A stretch of 64,000 nucleotides of DNA from Candidatus Omnitrophota bacterium (GCA_029261065.1 JAJDCB010000030.1:48196-112195), one strand, 5' to 3'. Counted from the first letter of the stretch, positions 1 to 10,162 are shown. Notes: generated from the letters alone by a model not told the origin. Translations and numbers: made by a program.

Positions 1-10
1 GACATTACGT

Positions 11-541
11 TTGATTATAGGATTTTTTATTTCATTAACGGTATTGTTTTTGGGGACGAATGTTGATGCGCATCACATTCGTGGGCTTCCTCATTATGGT
101 TATGCCGATAATTATCCGCAGACACCGACATATGAAGAAATACGTAGTGTAGGTGATTGGGAGATTAACTATTCTTATATTAGAATTTTTGAGACTAAAG
201 TGTGTGATCTAGCGGTCTATATCAAAAATACAAAAACAGGCAAACCGTATCAGGGGTCAGTTTCTTTTCATGTTTTTGCGCAGTGGGAAAAGCCGGAAGA
301 TACACACGCCTTTGACACGTTATTAGATCCTACAAATACGTTTCGTGTTCAATGGGTGTATGAAGACGATGGTTATTATTTTGTTCGGATTAAATTTGTC
401 GTTGATAATGAAGAGATTGTCGAAGAGTTTAAAATGCAGATGGGGGAGGTTGGTTTTAACTTCTTGTGGCTTATCTTGCCAGGTTCTGTCCTTTTGATTC
501 TTGTGTTGTTAGTTGTGTTTAAGAGGAGAGTGTCAAAGTGA
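11..541 (+). CDS. hypothetical secreted/membrane-anchored protein (N-terminal signal peptide, C-terminal TM helix)
   Basis: 176-aa ORF. Hydrophobic N-terminus MIIGFFISLTVLFLGTNVDA and C-terminal hydrophobic stretch followed by KRR. No recognisable catalytic motif. Confidence 0.4.
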   Translation: MIIGFFISLTVLFLGTNVDAHHIRGLPHYGYADNYPQTPTYEEIRSVGDWEINYSYIRIFETKVCDLAVYIKNTKTGKPYQGSVSFHVFAQWEKPEDTHAFDTLLDPTNTFRVQWVYEDDGYYFVRIKFVVDNEEIVEEFKMQMGEVGFNFLWLILPGSVLLILVLLVVFKRRVSK

Positions 542-2136
542 AGGGAAGCATGAAAGGAAGTATGAGCAGTTCCTTGGGGACGGATGGGTCCATGATTCAG
601 GACTCAGAGATGATTATGTCCGGGATCCCTGCATGGTTATTTTTTTTGGGAATTGGTCTTATATTAGTTGTGTCTTTTATAGCGGTTGAACTTCTCAATC
701 AAAAAACCAAGGAGAAGAAAAAATATTGGACGTTTAATCTGTTGAGTATAAAGTTTCTGGATACGTTAGTAAAAAAACCTTATTTTAAATTTTTATTTCA
801 GTTTCCGATGTTTTTGATTTTTTGTTTTATTATTTATGCAGGAATTTTTGGTCATGGCATCATCAATATAGCTCCTATTCTAACTTGGACGATTTGGTGG
901 ACAGGTTTGATATTTCTTATTTTGTTTTTTGGAAAAGCATGGTGTTTTGTTTGTCCGTGGGATTTTGTGGCGACATTATTTCAACATGGCAAACCGTTTG
1001 GTGTGAGCCGGCGCCCCTTTACTCTTGGATTAAAATGGCCTGAGAAATTTAACAATATTTATTTAGCGATCGGATTCTTTGTTGTTTTAACATGGTTTGA
1101 ACTCGGGTATAAAGTGACCTCCTCCCCGAGGGGAACAGCGATTATGGCTATTATGATGGTCTTCTTGGCTGTTTTTTCTGCTTTGATTTTTGAAAAAAGA
1201 TCATTCTGTAAACACGCCTGCCTGGTGGGACGCATTCAGGGTTTGTATTCAATGTTTGCTCCGGTTGAAATACGTGCTAATAAGTTATCGGTATGTGCCA
1301 CATGTGATACCAAGGATTGCTATTCAGGAAATGATAAAGGCAATGTTTGTCCGACATCGTTGACGATGCCGCAGGTGACAGCGAACAGTTATTGCATCCT
1401 ATGTACGGAGTGTATTAAAAGCTGTCCGCATGATAATATTGGTATTAATATTAGGCCGTTTGGAACTGACCTTGGCCGTTTTAAACGCGTTTTACCAGAT
1501 GAAGCGTGGCTGGCATTAGTTCTTCTTGTCTTAACGAGTTTTCACGGTTTAACCATGACACCGATGTGGGATTCTTTATCAGGGCCTTCCATTATTGGTT
1601 CTATACAATCTACATTTCACGTTGGCCGATTAAGTGCGTTTACGATAGGGATGGTTTCTTTTAATGGACTTTTGTTAGCTTTTTATTATTTGATCGCGTT
1701 ACTGACTTTTTATGTCGTCAAGGAAAAGGACGTTCCTATAAAGAGAATATTTGTTTATTATGCCTTCTCTATCCTTCCGGTTGCTTTGTTCTATCATTTG
1801 GCGCATAATGTCATGCATATTTTTATGGAAGGACCAATGGTTATTCCATTATTGTCTGATCCGCTAGGCGAAGGGAAGAATTTATTTGGAACAGCCACTT
1901 GGCAGGTTGGATCGGTGTTATCAACGAATGCGATCTGGATTATTCAAGTAGGGCTTGTCCTCTTAGGGCATATCTTTGGTATTGTGATTGCTCATTATGT
2001 GTCACGCAAATTATACAGCGATCCAAAGAAAGCCAGGGTGTCCCTTTTTCCTATGCTCTTAGGAATGATTGCCTATTCCTTTCTGTCGTTATGGATCATG
2101 CATTTAGATATGAATATGAGAAGCAGTTTGATGTAA
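538..2136 (+). CDS. polytopic membrane iron-sulfur protein, NapH/MauN/CcoG-like polyferredoxin
   Basis: GTG at 538 overlaps the upstream stop, and an RBS-like aagaggagag lies upstream. Multiple TM segments. Cys motifs CFVCPWD, CATCDTKDC...CP and CILCTECIKSCP indicate ferredoxin-type 4Fe-4S binding. An alternative ATG start is near 592. Confidence 0.5.
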   Translation: MKGSMKGSMSSSLGTDGSMIQDSEMIMSGIPAWLFFLGIGLILVVSFIAVELLNQKTKEKKKYWTFNLLSIKFLDTLVKKPYFKFLFQFPMFLIFCFIIYAGIFGHGIINIAPILTWTIWWTGLIFLILFFGKAWCFVCPWDFVATLFQHGKPFGVSRRPFTLGLKWPEKFNNIYLAIGFFVVLTWFELGYKVTSSPRGTAIMAIMMVFLAVFSALIFEKRSFCKHACLVGRIQGLYSMFAPVEIRANKLSVCATCDTKDCYSGNDKGNVCPTSLTMPQVTANSYCILCTECIKSCPHDNIGINIRPFGTDLGRFKRVLPDEAWLALVLLVLTSFHGLTMTPMWDSLSGPSIIGSIQSTFHVGRLSAFTIGMVSFNGLLLAFYYLIALLTFYVVKEKDVPIKRIFVYYAFSILPVALFYHLAHNVMHIFMEGPMVIPLLSDPLGEGKNLFGTATWQVGSVLSTNAIWIIQVGLVLLGHIFGIVIAHYVSRKLYSDPKKARVSLFPMLLGMIAYSFLSLWIMHLDMNMRSSLM

Positions 2137-2169
2137 GAAAACTGTTGTTCCAAAAAAAACCTGTAAACC

Positions 2170-2194
2170 TGTCATTCCCGAGACATCGGGAATC
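2170..2194. repeat. short palindromic repeat unit tgtcATTCCCgagacatcGGGAATc (ATTCCC-N8-GGGAAT), member of a window-wide family
   Basis: Perfect 6-bp inverted arms around an 8-nt spacer, 14 bp upstream of the NapG-like start. Same architecture as the units at 22908-23020 and 44276-44372. Confidence 0.6.
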
Positions 2195-2207
2195 TAATTA
2201 GAGATCC

Positions 2208-2798
2208 ATGAGCGATAAACCGATATCAAGAAGAGATTTTTTTAAACAAGGTTTCACAGAAGCGTTTAATTCTGTCCGGGAAGTCACGAATGCAGCGTGG
2301 GGGCCTGAAAAAGCGAAAGCACACAAGCCAGAACTTATTCGTCCTCCAGGAGCCTTGTTGGAGGAGCAATTTCTTGATAAATGCACACGATGCAACGAAT
2401 GCGCGAAAGTTTGTCCAGAAGAAGCTATTATACAATTTGTTGGTGAAGACTCGGTCAATCATTTAACACCCATGCTCAATTTACGTAAATCAGCATGTGT
2501 TTTGTGTGAAGGTTTTCCATGTGTCAAGGCGTGTGAACCAGCAGCGTTAGTGATGCCTTCATCGGCTAAAGAAGTCAAGATGGGAACAGCGGTTATTAAT
2601 CAAAAACTGTGTCACGCTTGGGCTGATGGGGCTGATTGTGATTATTGTGTTAAAGAGTGTCCTTTTCCCCAAGAGGCGATTTATTTGGATGACAACCGGC
2701 ATCCCGTTGTTAATGAAGAGATATGTACAGGATGCGGTTTATGTGAGAATATATGTCCTAGCCGTCAATCTGCGATTATCATAAAAAGATTAGAGTAG
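2208..2798 (+). CDS. Tat-signal ferredoxin-type protein with four 4Fe-4S motifs (NapG/MauM-like)
   Basis: N-terminal SRRDFFK twin-arginine motif. Four CxxCxxCxxxCP-type clusters: CTRCNECAKVCP, CVLCEGFPCVKACEP, CDYCVKECPF and CTGCGLCENICP. Confidence 0.65.
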   Translation: MSDKPISRRDFFKQGFTEAFNSVREVTNAAWGPEKAKAHKPELIRPPGALLEEQFLDKCTRCNECAKVCPEEAIIQFVGEDSVNHLTPMLNLRKSACVLCEGFPCVKACEPAALVMPSSAKEVKMGTAVINQKLCHAWADGADCDYCVKECPFPQEAIYLDDNRHPVVNEEICTGCGLCENICPSRQSAIIIKRLE

Positions 2799-2850
2799 TT
2801 CTGATGGTGGGATGAAATTTTTTTTGTTACTAATTAAGGAATGAACTGAT

Positions 2851-3336
2851 ATGGATGATCATACAGAAAACAATCAACCCCACGTTCTTTCGATCAATAT
2901 TTCAAAAGGTGGCGTTCCTAAGTTGCCCGTGGATGCGGTGTTTATTAATGTTCAAGGTTTAGAGGGGGATGGTCATAATCACGAAAAACATTATCGTCTG
3001 ACACAAGCTGTTTGTATTCAGGATATGGAACAACTTGAAGAGCTTGTGAAAAAAGGATATCCCTTGGGACCTGGTAGTGCAGGTGAAAATCTTACGGTTT
3101 GTTGTTTAAACGTTAATTCTTTGCCTATTGGAACGATATTGGAGTTCGCCGGTGGTGTTAAACTTGAGATTACGCGCGTCCGGCCGACGTGTTATGTCAT
3201 GGATCAAATCAATCCTATGCTCAAAGAGGATGCAGATGGTTGTCATGGTATGTATGCTAAAGTTATACAAAGTGGAACGATGAAGAAAAATGAAATGATT
3301 AGCGTGCATCAAGAAACAAAGCAGGGGTCTTATTAA
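2851..3336 (+). CDS. MOSC domain-containing protein (YiiM-like)
   Basis: GENLTV...LPIG...LEITRVRPTCY pattern typical of the MOSC beta-barrel with its conserved Cys. 161 aa. Confidence 0.55.
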   Translation: MDDHTENNQPHVLSINISKGGVPKLPVDAVFINVQGLEGDGHNHEKHYRLTQAVCIQDMEQLEELVKKGYPLGPGSAGENLTVCCLNVNSLPIGTILEFAGGVKLEITRVRPTCYVMDQINPMLKEDADGCHGMYAKVIQSGTMKKNEMISVHQETKQGSY

Positions 3337-3495
3337 TACGCGGAATTCTTCTTATATTTATTCATCTTTATTTTTTAAAAAATAATGTTATAATCATGAA
3401 TTAATTTCGCTCATACTCTATGTTATAGAGCGTTTACCTGTTTAGTTGTACGAATTCGTTCAAATTGTGACGGGCTCACTTTTAATAGAGTTAAT

Positions 3496-4515
3496 ATGAA
3501 AATTATTAGAAGAATTTTTCTTTGGTTTGTCGTTATAACCATTACAATCCTCACTTTAACGTGTGTTTTTCTTCAAACAAAAGGGCGAGAGCTTCTTGCT
3601 CAGAATTTTAGCAATGCCTTAAATCGTGATGTCAAGATTAGGGAAGTCCGCTATGTTTATCCAGCCGGATTTCAATTGTATGATACGTCCGTGGATGGTC
3701 TCATCATTGCGCGTCGTATTAGAATTTTTGCCAGATTGAGTACGTTGTGGCAGAAAGAATATAGGATAACGGAATTAAAGATTATTGAGCCAAAGCTAAC
3801 TTTTTTAAGATTAGAAAATGGTAAGTTTTTAATCGATGGCCTAGATAAGCAGTTAATAAGTCCTTCGCAATCAGAAGGTCAACCCGGCAATTCTCCGTAT
3901 GTTACGGATCTAGAAGAGACTTCAAAAGACAGTACAGAAGCGCAAATATTTATTGATAAAGTTGTCATCGAGGAGGGGGAATTTCAATTTAAAGATTTAT
4001 ACGTCAACTCTGTTAACCCCGCTTTTGATATGCGTGAATTAACGTTTGATCATACGGCAGTAACTTTGACGAATATAAAGCTTCCTATGAAGCAAGATAA
4101 ATTGAATTTTGATTTTTTGGCAAATGTAAAGGCTAAAGGTAAACCGCTCAATGATAATCGTTTAAAAATTTTGGGTTGGATGGATTACGAGAAAAAGGAT
4201 ATGGATGCCGCGCTAACATTATTTAATCTCGATGGGAGTGAGGGGGCATCAGCTCAGATGATTTCAGAGAATAATCACATGCAAGTCAGCGGTGTTTTAA
4301 GTATTCATGATTTAAATTTATTCAATCAAAAAAGTAAGCCATCACAAGGAGCATCTGTGGATCAAATTGTTTTAGGCGCCCTTTCTTCGATGAATGTTGC
4401 CATTGATACCCAATTTTCATTTGAAACACTTATGGATGATTTCCAGATTAAGAACATCTCTTTTTCAGGTAATTTGACAGATAAGGGTGTTGATAAGCAA
4501 AAAGTGCCTCAGTAA
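3496..4515 (+). CDS. hypothetical membrane-anchored protein (possibly AsmA-like N-terminal region)
   Basis: 339 aa with an N-terminal TM helix followed by a soluble domain. No catalytic motifs recognised. Confidence 0.3.
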   Translation: MKIIRRIFLWFVVITITILTLTCVFLQTKGRELLAQNFSNALNRDVKIREVRYVYPAGFQLYDTSVDGLIIARRIRIFARLSTLWQKEYRITELKIIEPKLTFLRLENGKFLIDGLDKQLISPSQSEGQPGNSPYVTDLEETSKDSTEAQIFIDKVVIEEGEFQFKDLYVNSVNPAFDMRELTFDHTAVTLTNIKLPMKQDKLNFDFLANVKAKGKPLNDNRLKILGWMDYEKKDMDAALTLFNLDGSEGASAQMISENNHMQVSGVLSIHDLNLFNQKSKPSQGASVDQIVLGALSSMNVAIDTQFSFETLMDDFQIKNISFSGNLTDKGVDKQKVPQ

Positions 4516-4593
4516 GGATTTTATTGCTGAATTAGAAATTTGTGATAAAATTGAGCCATTCTTTTGTTCTAAAAAAAGTTAAAATATTTTTAT

Positions 4594-4671
4594 GGTGGGT
4601 GTAGCTCAGTCCGGTAGAGCTCCTGGTTGTGGTCCAGGCGGTCGCGGGTTCAAGTCCCGTCACTCACCCCA
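4594..4671 (+). tRNA. tRNA-His (anticodon GTG) with extra 5' G(-1) and encoded CCA
   Basis: Cloverleaf is readable. Acceptor gGTGGGTG pairs with CACTCACC. D-arm is GCTC...GAGC. Anticodon stem CCTGG/CCAGG with loop TTGTGGT gives U33 and anticodon GTG. T-arm is GCGGG-TTCAAGT-CCCGT. The G-1:C73 eighth acceptor pair is the hallmark of tRNA-His. It resembles E. coli tRNA-His. Confidence 0.85.
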
Positions 4672-6231
4672 TTTTTCATTTTTTGCGTAGGATTTTTCGT
4701 AAACCTCAGTGTTTTCAACAGGATGATGAGGTTCTAACCGTTTATGAAGGGCCTGAACTCCTGGGGCTACTTCTCCAACTAGTTCAAGTGGTTTGTCGAG
4801 GGGAATAGATAGCTTTCTATCTAAAAGAAAGAGGTTCGAACCTAAAGCAGCTAGAATATCTCGTTTGTCATCTATCGTACCGAGTTCAAACCTATCTTTA
4901 GCGGTCTCAGCAAAATTCAGCATTGTTTCAGCGCGATCCAGCCACGTTTCTGCACGATTATTGGAATCATTTATTAATTCTTCGTATTTGTGCTTTTCTT
5001 GAATTAGCTTTTCTTTATGTTTTGAGAATTCTTCCGAACTGACCTCCCCGCTTAATCGGAGATCGAGTAATGCATCTAGTTTTCGTTTGCAAGTATCCCA
5101 CGCTTTACGGTGTGCGGTGACAATTTCCTTTTGATCTTCGGTTTCGTTAGCCTGTTCGGCTTTGAGTTGTTTGATTGCCCATTGATGAAATGAGGGAGGG
5201 ATGTTAATCTTGATTAAGGTATCTGTGATCTGTGTTTCAAGATCTTCCATTCGAACAGGTTTTTGAGAACATTTTTTAATTCGTTTAGTACAACGATAGT
5301 AAGTATAGTGATGAGTATTTCCATTTTTTTGATGTTTGGTTTTTTCTTCGGCTGTAATAGCCGCGCCACATTCACCGCAACGGATTAATCCTGTATAAGC
5401 GAAGCTGTGTGTTTTAGAGCAGGTAAAGGATCGTCTATCTAGAATTGTCTGAATCTCATTAAATTGGGATTTACTGATCATGGGTTTATGGTTACCAGGA
5501 TAAAGATTACTTTTCCATTTAAAATGACCATAATAAAATGGGTTACGAAACAACTCATGCATCTTACTTAGACTAAGAGGTTTATTGTTTGACGATGTTA
5601 ACCCAATTTTCTTAGAAAAAGTGTGGATAGATTTAATCGAACATTTTTTCTGGATTAATGTATCCCACAATTTTCTAACGAGTGCAAATTTGTCAGGATC
5701 TTTGTGTATAGGGGGAAGGTCGGGAAGTTTGTGTTTGTTATTCAAATATCCAATAGGTGGTTTATGTGGATACCAGCCATCTTCAACTTTTTTCCGCATA
5801 CCTCGTTTTGTATTTACGCTTAAATCAATTACAAATTGATTCGCCATACCAAATTCCAAGTTCATCATTAAAACGTTGTCAGAGGGCAAATAACCACGTT
5901 GGAAGGTCTGTATGTGTTGGATGATGCCTTGTTGGAGCATCCAGTTAATTTTGCCTCCGTCAATGGGATTTCGAGCTAGGCGGTCAAGTTTCCAGCAAAT
6001 AATACCATTCGCCTGTCCGTTTTGAATAGCATCAAGCATTTCATTGATTATTGGACGACCAGGTGCTTTAGCTGATTTTTCTTCGGTATAAATATCAGTA
6101 ATTTTCAGATTTTTATCTTTAGCAAGGTTTTTAAGTTCACTAATTTGGGAGGGAATGGAGGCTACTTGTTTGTCTTCACTCTCAGAAGATTTTCGTGCAT
6201 AAAGAAAATATTTAATTGGTGTCGAAATCAT
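4660..6231 (-). CDS. large serine recombinase (integrase) of an integrated element
   Basis: N-terminal resolvase catalytic domain YARKSSESEDKQ with the serine nucleophile and LDRLARN, then a recombinase domain. Zinc-ribbon CGECG...CTKRIKKC and a C-terminal coiled-coil are present. The stop overlaps the tRNA-His 3' end by about 12 bp. Confidence 0.85.
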   Translation of the reverse strand: MISTPIKYFLYARKSSESEDKQVASIPSQISELKNLAKDKNLKITDIYTEEKSAKAPGRPIINEMLDAIQNGQANGIICWKLDRLARNPIDGGKINWMLQQGIIQHIQTFQRGYLPSDNVLMMNLEFGMANQFVIDLSVNTKRGMRKKVEDGWYPHKPPIGYLNNKHKLPDLPPIHKDPDKFALVRKLWDTLIQKKCSIKSIHTFSKKIGLTSSNNKPLSLSKMHELFRNPFYYGHFKWKSNLYPGNHKPMISKSQFNEIQTILDRRSFTCSKTHSFAYTGLIRCGECGAAITAEEKTKHQKNGNTHHYTYYRCTKRIKKCSQKPVRMEDLETQITDTLIKINIPPSFHQWAIKQLKAEQANETEDQKEIVTAHRKAWDTCKRKLDALLDLRLSGEVSSEEFSKHKEKLIQEKHKYEELINDSNNRAETWLDRAETMLNFAETAKDRFELGTIDDKRDILAALGSNLFLLDRKLSIPLDKPLELVGEVAPGVQALHKRLEPHHPVENTEVYEKSYAKNEKWGE

Positions 6232-6431
6232 TGCTCAATTTTTTGTAACAGCTTTTTTAAGTCGGATTCTTTATAAAGACGATAGTTATTTATTGGATGT
6301 CTGTGTGGTTTTAGCTTGTCCGCTTTATCCCAATTTCGTAAAGTCTGTCCGGTTACTTTTAAAAGTTTTGCGGCTTCTTTAATTGTTATGTAATTGCTCA
6401 TAATGCCCCTCTCCTTAACCTTATAAAACAT
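6228..6431 (-). CDS. AlpA/excisionase-type helix-turn-helix DNA-binding protein
   Basis: ITIKEAAKLLKVTGQTLRNW is an HTH_17/MerR-like excisionase motif. It overlaps the integrase start by 4 bp. An internal Met at MSNYITIKEAA may be the real start, near 6401. Confidence 0.5.
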   Translation of the reverse strand: MFYKVKERGIMSNYITIKEAAKLLKVTGQTLRNWDKADKLKPHRHPINNYRLYKESDLKKLLQKIEQ

Positions 6432-6631
6432 TATAAATTAGTAAGATAGTAAATCAAAGCATATTCTTTTCTTTTAAAATTTGGTAAATATGATTTAAAA
6501 TTTGTGTTTTATTTAGTCGAACAATTATTTTTTTCATTGTTTATAATTTGAATGACAAGAATGACAAGTTTTTCTTATTTAAACCATTAATCGTGAATAA
6601 TAATTAAAGTATAGTGTTATTGTCATTCTTG

Positions 6632-8833
6632 TCATTGATTTTTTTTGAAAAAGTAAGAGCTTTTAATTCCTACCCAATAATGTGACTGCGCGTCTTTGTC
6701 TTCGCCAATAGAAAAATGTTTTATGAGCTGTTTGCCAAATTTAATCTTAGACAGTGGTCTGAAACAATTATCTTTGCACCAATTTTGATAGGTTTGGTGG
6801 AGATCACCTTTTTTGCTTGTTAATCCCTTCCCCAATCTACACGCCTCATCGACAAAAAGAAGAACATTGTTATTTTCTTTTTGATAATCAATCAGTTCTT
6901 CGCGGATAGATTTGTCTACTTCAAAATAATTTCGTTTTCGAAGTCGATTGAGTCCTAGTAAACACCAATTAAAAATTCCATTTAATTCGGTTTCCAGCTC
7001 ATATTTTAGGTTTTTGTTTTGTTCGCATTCGGGAAATTCCCGATTAAACCTTAATATAAGTAGTCTTCGAAAAAATGCGGGAGTCTTATCATCAACACGA
7101 GGCATATTGTTTAACGAAAAAACTAATTTGGAAAATGGGTTAAATTTAAAGGGTTGTTTAAATTTGTGGTCTGCCTGTATTTCATCGCCACTTATTACAG
7201 CTTTAAACATACTGTCGTATACTTCTGATTTGACGTTTGTTTCGGTACTGATATTAGCTAATTTTCCAAAAAGATTGGCTAAATAATGCGAATCATTAAA
7301 TTTTTCTAAAGAAATAGCTGAATAATTATCTTTACCTAGAATTAAGCCAAGGATGTAAAGAATAACACTTTTGCCATTAGCGCCATCACCAATAAGAAAA
7401 AGGGCTTTTTCATATTTTGTTTCTTTTGTAAGACACAATCCCATAAATTCTTGAAGTGCCTGAATTTTCTCAATGTTCTGCTCAAATATTTCGTTAATAG
7501 TCTGTTCCCATAAGGGGCAATGGGTATGTTTATTGAACTCAATATTTAGTTGAATCGTTGAGTAATTGTCTTGGTTGTGTTCTGTTAAAGCAAAGTTATC
7601 AAGATTAAATAGTCCATTCTTTAAATTGAGATATGGAGAACAATTAAGAATATTAGGGACAATAAAAGATTTTATTTTTAAAAAATGTATTATTTCATGG
7701 CTTTTGCGTTGGCTCGTTTTTGTTTTAAGGATTTCTAAGGTTAATTGATGTATTTGTTCTTCATGTGTTTTTGTGTAAACTCCCTCTGAATATTGATAAA
7801 AATTTTCTGCAGAGAATATGATTTTATTTTGCCCGAGTATTAAGTCAGCAATTTTTACGGAATTTATGCTTCCTCCGTCAATAAACTCTATGTTAGATGC
7901 GCTTTCTTTAGATTTGATAAAATCTTTAAGAAGGGAATCTTTTGCTTTTTGGAGTGAGTGCTTAAGATATGGATTTCCTTGTAACCTATATTTTTCTCCA
8001 ATAGGGTAATGTGTAAAAATTTTATATATTTCGTTATCAGTTGCTCCTGATTTGAGTAGGTTGATGATAACTTTAAAGTCAGCTTCGCTTCTCGACTCAA
8101 AACTATCTTGTGGTTTTTTGCCTTTTTCAATAAGTTGTCTGGTTTCATTAGAGAGATTAAGGGTATTTAGATTAATATTGTCTTGGATTGAGAGTTCTTT
8201 ATTAATTTTTAGGTTTTTTTGAAAGTCGCTAATTTTATAACGTAATGAATCGTCAAAATAGATGATTTTTACTTCTTTATGGTCATGTAGTACTTTACAG
8301 TTAGTTGTTGATGGTATTCGTAGTATTCGGTCAATATTATGAGTTCCATTATCTCCATGAAGGTCGGTGACTAATAGTTTCAGTATGTTTTCTATATTTT
8401 CAAAATTGTCTACAGGGAATAAGCCCGTTAATAACCAATAACAATGCAAACCATACCCGGAATCAACGATAATGGAAGGGGGTAGTTTGTAGCTTTTGAT
8501 AAATGTTATAGCCTCGCTTTGGGTTTTAAAGAAACAGTATTTTTTGTGTCCAATTTTTCCATAGTCAACATCTGTCCAGAGGCTTGTAATAAATTCTATT
8601 GATTCTTTTTTTCCTGATTGTTTTGATCGTGGAGCTACACCAAAATAGATGTCACCTGTTAATGTTGGCGTTAATTCAATAGCTTCAGTAATAGACTTTG
8701 CGAAATGTTGTTCTGCCTTACTATTTTTGATTGTTCGAATTTCTAAATAGCCTGACTGGTAGTCGAAAAAAGGAAGGAATAATGCATTAAAGAATTTTTG
8801 AGTTTCAAGTATTTTCATGAGTTGGGTGGTCAC
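6632..8833 (-). CDS. bifunctional primase-polymerase (PrimPol) fused to D5_N/P4-family SF3 helicase, replication protein of the mobile element
   Basis: N-terminal motifs WTDVDYGK, SGYGLHCYW (sGxGxH) and HNIDRILRIPST. C-terminal Walker A FLIGDGANGKSV with P4/D5-type helicase architecture. Confidence 0.75.
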   Translation of the reverse strand: MTTQLMKILETQKFFNALFLPFFDYQSGYLEIRTIKNSKAEQHFAKSITEAIELTPTLTGDIYFGVAPRSKQSGKKESIEFITSLWTDVDYGKIGHKKYCFFKTQSEAITFIKSYKLPPSIIVDSGYGLHCYWLLTGLFPVDNFENIENILKLLVTDLHGDNGTHNIDRILRIPSTTNCKVLHDHKEVKIIYFDDSLRYKISDFQKNLKINKELSIQDNINLNTLNLSNETRQLIEKGKKPQDSFESRSEADFKVIINLLKSGATDNEIYKIFTHYPIGEKYRLQGNPYLKHSLQKAKDSLLKDFIKSKESASNIEFIDGGSINSVKIADLILGQNKIIFSAENFYQYSEGVYTKTHEEQIHQLTLEILKTKTSQRKSHEIIHFLKIKSFIVPNILNCSPYLNLKNGLFNLDNFALTEHNQDNYSTIQLNIEFNKHTHCPLWEQTINEIFEQNIEKIQALQEFMGLCLTKETKYEKALFLIGDGANGKSVILYILGLILGKDNYSAISLEKFNDSHYLANLFGKLANISTETNVKSEVYDSMFKAVISGDEIQADHKFKQPFKFNPFSKLVFSLNNMPRVDDKTPAFFRRLLILRFNREFPECEQNKNLKYELETELNGIFNWCLLGLNRLRKRNYFEVDKSIREELIDYQKENNNVLLFVDEACRLGKGLTSKKGDLHQTYQNWCKDNCFRPLSKIKFGKQLIKHFSIGEDKDAQSHYWVGIKSSYFFKKNQ

Positions 8834-9101
8834 TTCCCGAGGTAATTGATCTATAAAGATTTAGTAGTTGGATTCCATTTTTTTCAGCTTCATCTTGAGT
8901 AAGATGAATTTTGTATTCATTGAAGTAAATTTCTTGAAATTTTTTAATGGCCTTTTGAGATAGCATAGGTTATCCATGAGTGATTAAACCTTTATAATGT
9001 CTAATATACTATGTTCTCATTTTTATATAAGGGACAGGAAGGGGGGTGAGTTTTTAGGAACAAATGTCCCCTTGTGTAGGGGGTGAGGATTGTAACTTTA
9101 T

Positions 9102-10001
9102 TTATTTCATAGATTTAGGAATTGCAAAAGCTCTTAAAAAATCACTATCATCGATAAGTTCTTTAAAGATTGTAGAATGATTTTTTATTTTGAGAAATTT
9201 AAGAATAGCATGCAATTCATTAAAATATAAGCCGTCAGAAAATTTTTCATTTTGTTGAATTGATTTTTTTATAAGCCCTGAAAGATATAGGTTACGAATG
9301 TGTCTTTTTAATCCTGATTTTGTTTTAAAGAGAGATTTTGTTTTTGACCCAATCTTTAGATTGTTTTTTAATGAACTTTTATAAGATATAATGCGATTTC
9401 TTTCATATCGTTTAAATTTTTTGCTTTGAAGTTCTGATTTAAAATAATATGGTAACCTTTGTAATCTTTTTTTTATATTATCAACAGTTTTTAGATAGTA
9501 GTTTGGATGTCGTTTTTTCCAATCTTTCATACATGTTTTATCTGGAGTATTTTTGATAAGCAGGAAGAGGTCCGCCATAATTTCGCAGCGTTTTTTATCC
9601 CCTAATCTCATTAATAGGGTTTTCATGCTCATTAAGAATAAGGCTATATTAAATTCTTTTTTTTCTTTAGACCGGAAACGCTTGCGATACTCTTTGCCAA
9701 CTTTTAACTCAATTCTGAGAAATCTGTGCATAGGTTCAAATATATTCTTGTGAGTTTTAATTTTGGCTAACAGGTTACAATCTTGCTCAAGCTTTGATAG
9801 ATAAGCACGTGCTGGATCGGGCAATTCATTCTTCTTGTTAATATAATTCATGCTTTCAGCTATCCTTTTGGAATAGTCATTTCTCAAGAAAATCCAATTT
9901 TCTCTCTTTGAATTTTTTTTAATATCCTGAAAAAATTCATCTAAAACCCCAGTGGAGATTAATTGTTTTCCTGTGATTTTATTATAATTATTATCTTTCA
10001 T
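9102..10001 (-). CDS. hypothetical basic (Lys/Arg-rich) protein, co-oriented upstream of the replication gene
   Basis: 299-aa ORF with no recognisable motif and very high K/R content. It is the first gene of the leftward int/rep module. Confidence 0.3.
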   Translation of the reverse strand: MKDNNYNKITGKQLISTGVLDEFFQDIKKNSKRENWIFLRNDYSKRIAESMNYINKKNELPDPARAYLSKLEQDCNLLAKIKTHKNIFEPMHRFLRIELKVGKEYRKRFRSKEKKEFNIALFLMSMKTLLMRLGDKKRCEIMADLFLLIKNTPDKTCMKDWKKRHPNYYLKTVDNIKKRLQRLPYYFKSELQSKKFKRYERNRIISYKSSLKNNLKIGSKTKSLFKTKSGLKRHIRNLYLSGLIKKSIQQNEKFSDGLYFNELHAILKFLKIKNHSTIFKELIDDSDFLRAFAIPKSMK

Positions 10002-10162
10002 GATTATTTTTGTAAGTTCTTATAATTTTATATTTGGAAAATGCTCTTCATTCGATTATAATGTTTTATAAGGTTTTTGTAAAATTAAATTACAAAGTAA
10101 GAAAATATTATTAAAATGATGTAGAGTATTGTGTTAGTGAAACTGGAGATTAAATTTCTAAA

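Noticed and set aside
822-1043. Small same-strand or antisense ORFs nested inside long genes (e.g. 822-1043, 6948-7286, 7566-8148, 18452-18851, 26267-26642, 55531-56001, 58810-59183)
   Set aside because: Each lies fully within a longer ORF that has clear domain signatures. They are AT-rich frame artefacts with no RBS and no motifs.
9033-9085. ggggtgag motifs resembling the reverse complement of the tRNA-His 3' end (candidate att half-site)
   Set aside because: Only an 8-9 nt match, in inverted orientation, and upstream of more element-like genes. Insufficient to call an island boundary.
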